DNA from: Rhabdothermincola salaria
GTDB taxonomy: Bacteria > Actinomycetota > Acidimicrobiia > Acidimicrobiales > Acidimicrobilacustridaceae
NCBI RefSeq assembly: GCF_021246445.1
Contig: NZ_JAJQXW010000005.1
Span: 239,390 to 259,389, forward strand
Direction of reading: 5' to 3'
Length of the DNA: 20,000 nt
The notes under the pieces are model-generated. The model was given only the letters and a program-made list of their open reading frames with translations, did no database searches and was not told where the DNA came from. Positions 15,591 through 20,000 of this stretch are shown here, in pieces. A program made the translations under genes and the position numbers. Position 1 is the first letter of the stretch, and every line of letters starts with the position of its first letter.

Positions 15591-16034
15591 TCAGGAGAGG
15601 CGGTCGCCCAGCCGGGCGAAGTCCGCCAGCCAGTCGGGCATGCGGGCGGCCCGGCCGTCGGCGGTGACGCACCCGTGCACGGTCACCGCCGTGGCTCGCA
15701 CGGCGTCGTCGACGGTGAGCAGGTAGCCGACCTGGAACGTGGCCCGGGTGAGCTTGCCGATGCCCAGGTGGACGGTGACCTCTTCGTCGAAGGCCAGCGG
15801 AGCCCGGTAGCGCACGTACGCCTCGAGCACGGCGAAGTCGATGCCGTCGTCGCGCACTGACTGGTAGTGGTGGCCGAGGCTGCGCAGCCATGCCACCCGG
15901 GCCTCCTCGAGGTAGAGCACGTACGAGGAGTGGTGCACCACGGCCATGGCGTCGGTCTCGGCGAACCGGGTCCGGAGGCGGTGGGCGAACGCGTACGCGC
16001 TCGGGTCGAGAGGAGGGTCCAGTGACAGGCGCAC
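15591..16034 (-). CDS. Acyl-CoA thioesterase (4HBT/YbgC hot-dog family)
   Basis: RTRFAETDAMAVVHHSSYVLYLEEAR motif and YRAPLAFDEEV. Confidence 0.92.
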   Translation of the reverse strand: MRLSLDPPLDPSAYAFAHRLRTRFAETDAMAVVHHSSYVLYLEEARVAWLRSLGHHYQSVRDDGIDFAVLEAYVRYRAPLAFDEEVTVHLGIGKLTRATFQVGYLLTVDDAVRATAVTVHGCVTADGRAARMPDWLADFARLGDRLS

Positions 16035-16086
16035 AGGGGCCGAACCTACCGCCCGTGCTCGGCTCCCCGACGCCTACCGTCGGGGG

Positions 16087-16773
16087 ATGGACCTCATCGA
16101 GACGTTGCGCACCACGGGCGCCGTGCGCCAGTTCACCGACGAGGCCGTGCCCGACGCGGTGGTGGCCCGGGTCCTCGACACGGCCCGCTTCGCGCCCAAC
16201 GGCGGCAACCGGCAGGCGTGGCAGGTGGTGGTCGTCAAAGATCCGCAACGGCGGCGACGGCTCCGCGACCTCTACCTCGAGCAGTGGTACGACTACCTCG
16301 CCATGGGCGCGGCCGGCCTCACCCCGTGGTCACCGCTCGGCGACCGCGACGCCGAACGGCGAGCCATCGACGACGGGGCCGAGATCTGGCGGGCGGCCGG
16401 AGCCGAGGGCCCCGGGTTCGCCGAGCACCTCGACCAGGTGCCGGTGCTCATGGCCGTCTTCGGTGACCTGTCCCGGCTGGTGGGCACCGATCGTGACCAG
16501 GGCCGCTACACGTTCGTGGCCGGCGCGTCGCTGTACCCGTTCGTGTGGAGCGTGCTGCTCGCCGCCCGCGCCGAGGGGCTCGGCGGGGTGATGACGACGA
16601 TCCACGGGCGGGTCGAAGGGGAGGTCAAAGAGCTGCTGGGCGCACCCGAGCCGATGGCCCTGGCGGCGGTCGTGGCGCTCGGGCGCCCCGTGCACCAGCC
16701 CACCCGCCTGCGGCGCGAGCCGCTCGGCTCCTTCGCCACCGTCGACGACTTCGAGGGTCCCGTCCTGCAGTGA
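16087..16773 (+). CDS. Nitroreductase family protein (228 aa)
   Basis: MDLIETLRTTGAVRQFTDEAVPD...ARFAPNGGNRQAWQVVVV...LLAARAEGLGGVMTT. Start ATG 16087 follows a TACCGT -10 element. Confidence 0.92.
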   Translation: MDLIETLRTTGAVRQFTDEAVPDAVVARVLDTARFAPNGGNRQAWQVVVVKDPQRRRRLRDLYLEQWYDYLAMGAAGLTPWSPLGDRDAERRAIDDGAEIWRAAGAEGPGFAEHLDQVPVLMAVFGDLSRLVGTDRDQGRYTFVAGASLYPFVWSVLLAARAEGLGGVMTTIHGRVEGEVKELLGAPEPMALAAVVALGRPVHQPTRLRREPLGSFATVDDFEGPVLQ

Positions 16774-16843
16774 CTCGCCGGTTCCGGCCGGCAGCCATGG
16801 CCATGAGCCGCTGCAGTACGCCGGCTCCGCGGGCCTCCGCTGC

Positions 16844-17683
16844 TCAACGCGGGTCGTGGGGCGGCAGCTGCCGGGCCAGCTCCGTCATCGCCGTGTGGTC
16901 GTAGGGCGGCGAGAGCTGCAGGATCAACCGGTCGACACCGACGGCCTGGAGCCGGTCGTGCTCCTCGTGGCCGGGCGTGGCCCAACGGGGGTCGAAGTTG
17001 GCGAACACGGTCACGAGGAAGGCCTCGGCATCGCCGCCGGCGTCGGCGTGGGCTCGGCGGGCCACGTCGACGAGCTCGGCCAGCCGGGGGTGGCGGGCCT
17101 GGGTGTTGAGGCCGTCGCCGATGCGACCGGCCAGCTCGAGCGTGCGGGGACCGAAGCCCCCGACGATCACCGGCGGCGGGGGATCGGGCCGCAGGAACCC
17201 GTGCGCCCGACCGAGGTGGAACTGCTCGCCCTCCCACGGCTCGACCGCACCCGTCCACACCTGTCGGATCACCTGCACGGTCTCCTCGAGCTGGCGACGC
17301 CGCACGGGGTTGGACGGGACCTCGCCCCCGAGAGCGGTCTGCTCGGGCGGGTAGGGCGTGCCCTCGCCGCCGCCGGCGCCGATGCCGAGTAGCAGACGCC
17401 CGTCGGACACCTCCTGCAGCGTGGCGGCCATGGTCGCGAGCAGGCCCGGGCGACGGTTGGCCACGTTGAGCACGAGCGGGCCGAGCATGACCCGCTCGGT
17501 GACCGCGGCGAGCGACGACAGGATCGTCCAGCACTCGAGCACCCCATCGGCGCCGTGAGCCTGGCCGGCCAGGTGGTCCCAGGTCCAGATCCCGCCGTAA
17601 CCGAGCTCCTCGGCCAGCTGGGCGGCGGTGCGCATGTCGTTCCAACGGGCGCCGAACGGATCGAGCAGCAGGTCCACGTCCAT
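16844..17683 (-). CDS. LLM-class (luciferase-like) flavin/F420-dependent oxidoreductase (279 aa)
   Basis: AEELGYGGIWTWDH, ECWTILSSLAAVTERVMLGPLV, RRPGLLATMAATLQEVSDGRLLLGIGAG and PPVIVGG. Start ATG 17683. Confidence 0.92.
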   Translation of the reverse strand: MDVDLLLDPFGARWNDMRTAAQLAEELGYGGIWTWDHLAGQAHGADGVLECWTILSSLAAVTERVMLGPLVLNVANRRPGLLATMAATLQEVSDGRLLLGIGAGGGEGTPYPPEQTALGGEVPSNPVRRRQLEETVQVIRQVWTGAVEPWEGEQFHLGRAHGFLRPDPPPPVIVGGFGPRTLELAGRIGDGLNTQARHPRLAELVDVARRAHADAGGDAEAFLVTVFANFDPRWATPGHEEHDRLQAVGVDRLILQLSPPYDHTAMTELARQLPPHDPR

Positions 17684-17782
17684 GCCGCCGAACCTACCCA
17701 GGCCCTGCCCATGGCGCCCTCGTCGCTGAGGGTTCGGGTCCTCGGGGTCCCGGCGGGTCCTGTCCCGCACCAGAACCTGACG

Positions 17783-18055
17783 TGCTCGGTCGCTCAGAGC
17801 GGCGGCTACGTCGAGCTCGGGCGTGGGTCGACGAACCCTTCGTCGACCGCAGGCGGCGCCCGCCGAGCCGCACTCGCTCCCGTGCGCGCGTCAGAACCGG
17901 TGGTGCGGGCCACCCCCCGGAACCCACTCGGCCCCGAGTTGCTGGCGCAGGCCGTCAGCCGACTCGCAACAGGCGGAGGAGCGCCAGCGACGGAGCCTCA
18001 GCCAGGGCCCCGCGTTTCGGCGAAGCCGGCGGAGGGAGGCTTGCCGACCGGAGCA
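17783..18055 (+). ncRNA. Candidate structured non-coding RNA or folded element (~275 nt), family not recognised
   Basis: The ends pair (17783-17792 with 18045-18055, and 17803-17815 with 18016-18028). Internal perfect 10-bp hairpin at 17826-17848 plus further stems. G.U wobbles favour the + strand. No credible ORF. Confidence 0.4.
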
Positions 18056-18067
18056 AGATGTCGCGGC

Positions 18068-18361
18068 TCAGGCGGCTACCCGGTCGCGCTGTTGGCGGCT
18101 GTAGCCACCGCTGCCGTACGAGCTGAGGTCGAGCAGCAGCCCGATGACCACGAAGACCCAGCCGATGCCGGTGACACCGCCATCGGCCTCGGAGTAGGCG
18201 AGGGCGAAGAACACCGTGGTGAACGGCAACAGCAAGAAGCCGATGAGCCCGAACCAGAACGACTCGAACGCCACGGTGAGGCGGTCGGTGAAGATGAGGA
18301 GGATGACGATGGCCAGGCGCGGAGCCCCGGCCAGCACGACGGCGCCTGCGCAACAGCCCAT
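18068..18361 (-). CDS. Small integral membrane protein (97 aa), unknown function
   Basis: Three hydrophobic segments (APRLAIVILLIF; WFGLIGFLLLPFTTVFFALAY; IGWVFVVIGLLLDL). TAGCGT -10 element 7 nt before the ATG. Confidence 0.82.
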   Translation of the reverse strand: MGCCAGAVVLAGAPRLAIVILLIFTDRLTVAFESFWFGLIGFLLLPFTTVFFALAYSEADGGVTGIGWVFVVIGLLLDLSSYGSGGYSRQQRDRVAA

Positions 18362-18505
18362 GGCGCGAACGCTACTGCCCGGGCGGCCAGGGGTCCCGGG
18401 ATCCCCGAGCCGGAGCGACGCGGTGCCCGCGTGCCTCGTGTCACGCCCGGTCCCTCGGCACGGAGTACCTTCGCCGCTTCAGTCGATCGAACGGAGCCGC
18501 CACCG

Positions 18506-19831
18506 ATGATCCCAACTCGTCCCCGTCGCCACTGGGTCAGGGTGGCCGCGCTGCTCCTGTCCGGCACCCTGATCGCCACGGCCTGCGGTTCCGACGACGA
18601 CGACGCCGCCGGCTCGACGACGACGGACGCGTCGTCCGCCGAGGCCGGGTCCGCCGCCGAGACCGACCCGTGCGTGGCCGACGTCGCCACGGTCGTCGAC
18701 ACCCCGCCGAGCGAGGCGTCCACCACCGAGCCGCTCCCCGAGGACCTCGTCGCCGAGCTCGACGCGGCCGCCGCCGCCTCCTTCGCCGAGGCCGCCGCCC
18801 CCGGTGCCATCGTGGGGGTGCGCACCCCCGACGGCACGTGGATCGAGACCTACGGCGATGCCGATCCCGACGCCGGCGTGCCGATGTCTCCCGACATGCA
18901 CCAGCGGGTGGGGTCGGTCACCAAGACCTTCACCGGCACGGCGCTCATGCAGCTGGCCGAGGAGGGGCTCCTCTCCCTGGACGACCCGATCTCGGACTAC
19001 GTCGACGGTGTGCCCAACGGCGACGAGATCACGTTGCGCATCCTGGCCGACATGACGAGCGGGGTGGCCAGCTACACGACCGACGAGACCTTCGTCGACG
19101 CGTACTTCGCGGCCCCCGAGACCGTCTACGCCCCCGAGGAGCTGGTCGAGATCGGGTTGGCGGCCTCGCCGATCTTCGATCCGGGCGAGCAGTTCAACTA
19201 CTCCAACACCAACACCGTGCTGTTGGGCCTGGTCGTCGAGCAGGTGACCGGTCAGGACATCGGAGAGGTGTTCGAGCAGCGCATCTTCGAGCCGCTCGGC
19301 CTGGAGGGGACGTCGTGGCCCGGCGAGTCACCGGAGCTGCCCAGCCCTCATCCCCGGGGCTTCACCCTGCAGGGGGTCGACACCGACCCGCCGGAACCGG
19401 TCGACGCGACCAACTGGAACCCGTCGTGGACCTTCACCGCCGGGGGCATCATCTCCACCGTCGAGGACCTGTTGACGTACGGACGGGCCCTCGTCACCGG
19501 CCAGGGCCTGCTCTCGCCGGAGTCACAGACGGAGCGCCTGGAGAGCTTCCCCGCCCCCGCGGGCTACGGCATCGCCCTGGGCTGCATCGGCGGGTGGGTC
19601 GGCCACACCGGCGAGCTGCCGGGCTTCAACACGTCGGTGTTCCACGACACGACCCACGACACCACCGTCATCGTCGCCGTGAACAGCGACATCGCCTCGG
19701 GTGACTGCGAGGAGTCCCCCGTCCTGCAGGGCGACCCACGGGCGCTGCCGTGCTCGAACCCCGCCACCCGCGTGTTCGTGGGCGTGTCGGAGGCGCTGGG
19801 CAACCCCTTCCACCCGCAACCGGCCCGCTGA
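18506..19831 (+). CDS. Serine hydrolase lipoprotein (beta-lactamase class C / D-Ala-D-Ala carboxypeptidase-like), 441 aa
   Basis: ATG 18506 with GGAG upstream. Lipobox ATAC. SxxK (GSVTK), YxN (YSN) and HxG (GHTG) motifs, plus LSLDDPISDY. Confidence 0.92.
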   Translation: MIPTRPRRHWVRVAALLLSGTLIATACGSDDDDAAGSTTTDASSAEAGSAAETDPCVADVATVVDTPPSEASTTEPLPEDLVAELDAAAAASFAEAAAPGAIVGVRTPDGTWIETYGDADPDAGVPMSPDMHQRVGSVTKTFTGTALMQLAEEGLLSLDDPISDYVDGVPNGDEITLRILADMTSGVASYTTDETFVDAYFAAPETVYAPEELVEIGLAASPIFDPGEQFNYSNTNTVLLGLVVEQVTGQDIGEVFEQRIFEPLGLEGTSWPGESPELPSPHPRGFTLQGVDTDPPEPVDATNWNPSWTFTAGGIISTVEDLLTYGRALVTGQGLLSPESQTERLESFPAPAGYGIALGCIGGWVGHTGELPGFNTSVFHDTTHDTTVIVAVNSDIASGDCEESPVLQGDPRALPCSNPATRVFVGVSEALGNPFHPQPAR

Positions 19832-19869
19832 TCCAGCCGCCGGTGCGCCCCACGGGTCGGTGAGGAGAA

Positions 19870-19892
19870 GGGGTGGGCACGGGGCCCACCCC
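19870..19892. terminator. Hairpin between convergent genes
   Basis: GGGGTGGGC-ACGGG-GCCCACCCC, a 9-bp stem 5 bp downstream of the minus-strand stop at 19898. Confidence 0.6.
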
Positions 19893-19897
19893 GAGGA

Positions 19898-20000
19898 TCA
19901 GTGGGATCCGGCTCCTACGCAGTGGGGTCCTTCGGCTTCCTGGCCGGTGGTGTTGACCCCGATCGGGGCACCCTGGATGATCATGCCGGTGTTCACGGTG
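19898..20000 (-). CDS. 3' end of an unidentified CDS entering from the right edge
   Basis: Minus frame reads ...TVNTGMIIQGAPIGVNTTGQEAEGPHCVGAGSH-stop with GC3-rich codons, followed by a hairpin. Confidence 0.6.
   Translation of the reverse strand, partial: TVNTGMIIQGAPIGVNTTGQEAEGPHCVGAGSH

Noticed and set aside
17930..18060. Resemblance to SAM-IV, SAH or c-di-AMP riboswitch fragments (GAGCGCCAGCGAC, GAGGAGCG, CCGTCAGC)
   Set aside because: Only short pieces match, the other conserved elements are absent or out of order, and no same-strand gene follows directly. Kept only as an unassigned structured element.
17555..18505. N-terminal extension of the serine hydrolase ORF (758 aa)
   Set aside because: It overlaps the LLM gene and the minus-strand membrane gene; the lipoprotein signal peptide begins at ATG 18506.
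18506..19831. Calling the serine hydrolase an antibiotic-resistance beta-lactamase
   Set aside because: SxxK/YxN/HxG motifs are shared by many esterases and peptidases of this family; substrate cannot be inferred from sequence.

Overview
Very GC-rich actinobacterial chromosomal DNA. Gene content and style suggest Acidimicrobiia (inference). About 21 CDSs can be supported, with no rRNA, tRNA, CRISPR array or transposase. In order: a partial SDR; a coupled pair of similarly built membrane proteins; a stand-alone Mo-bisMGD oxidoreductase; a divergent module of a small PNPOx-like flavin-binding protein plus a PNPOx-GAF-winged-helix regulator facing a hemerythrin-like protein and a long-loop cupredoxin lipoprotein; a small secreted protein ending in PTFTG beside an ECF sigma factor fused to a ZAS zinc finger, TM helix and extracellular domain; a HAPMO-like Baeyer-Villiger monooxygenase; an arsenic cluster (arsR / arsI-acr3-small CCGG protein, no arsC) with clear ArsR boxes; thioesterase, nitroreductase and LLM monooxygenase genes; an unexplained ~275-nt self-closing structured intergenic element; a small membrane protein; a serine-hydrolase lipoprotein; and a partial CDS. 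The best novelty candidates are the flavin/GAF-hemerythrin-cupredoxin module, the CCGG protein coupled to acr3, and the candidate structured ncRNA. All family calls come from motif recognition by eye, not database searches.
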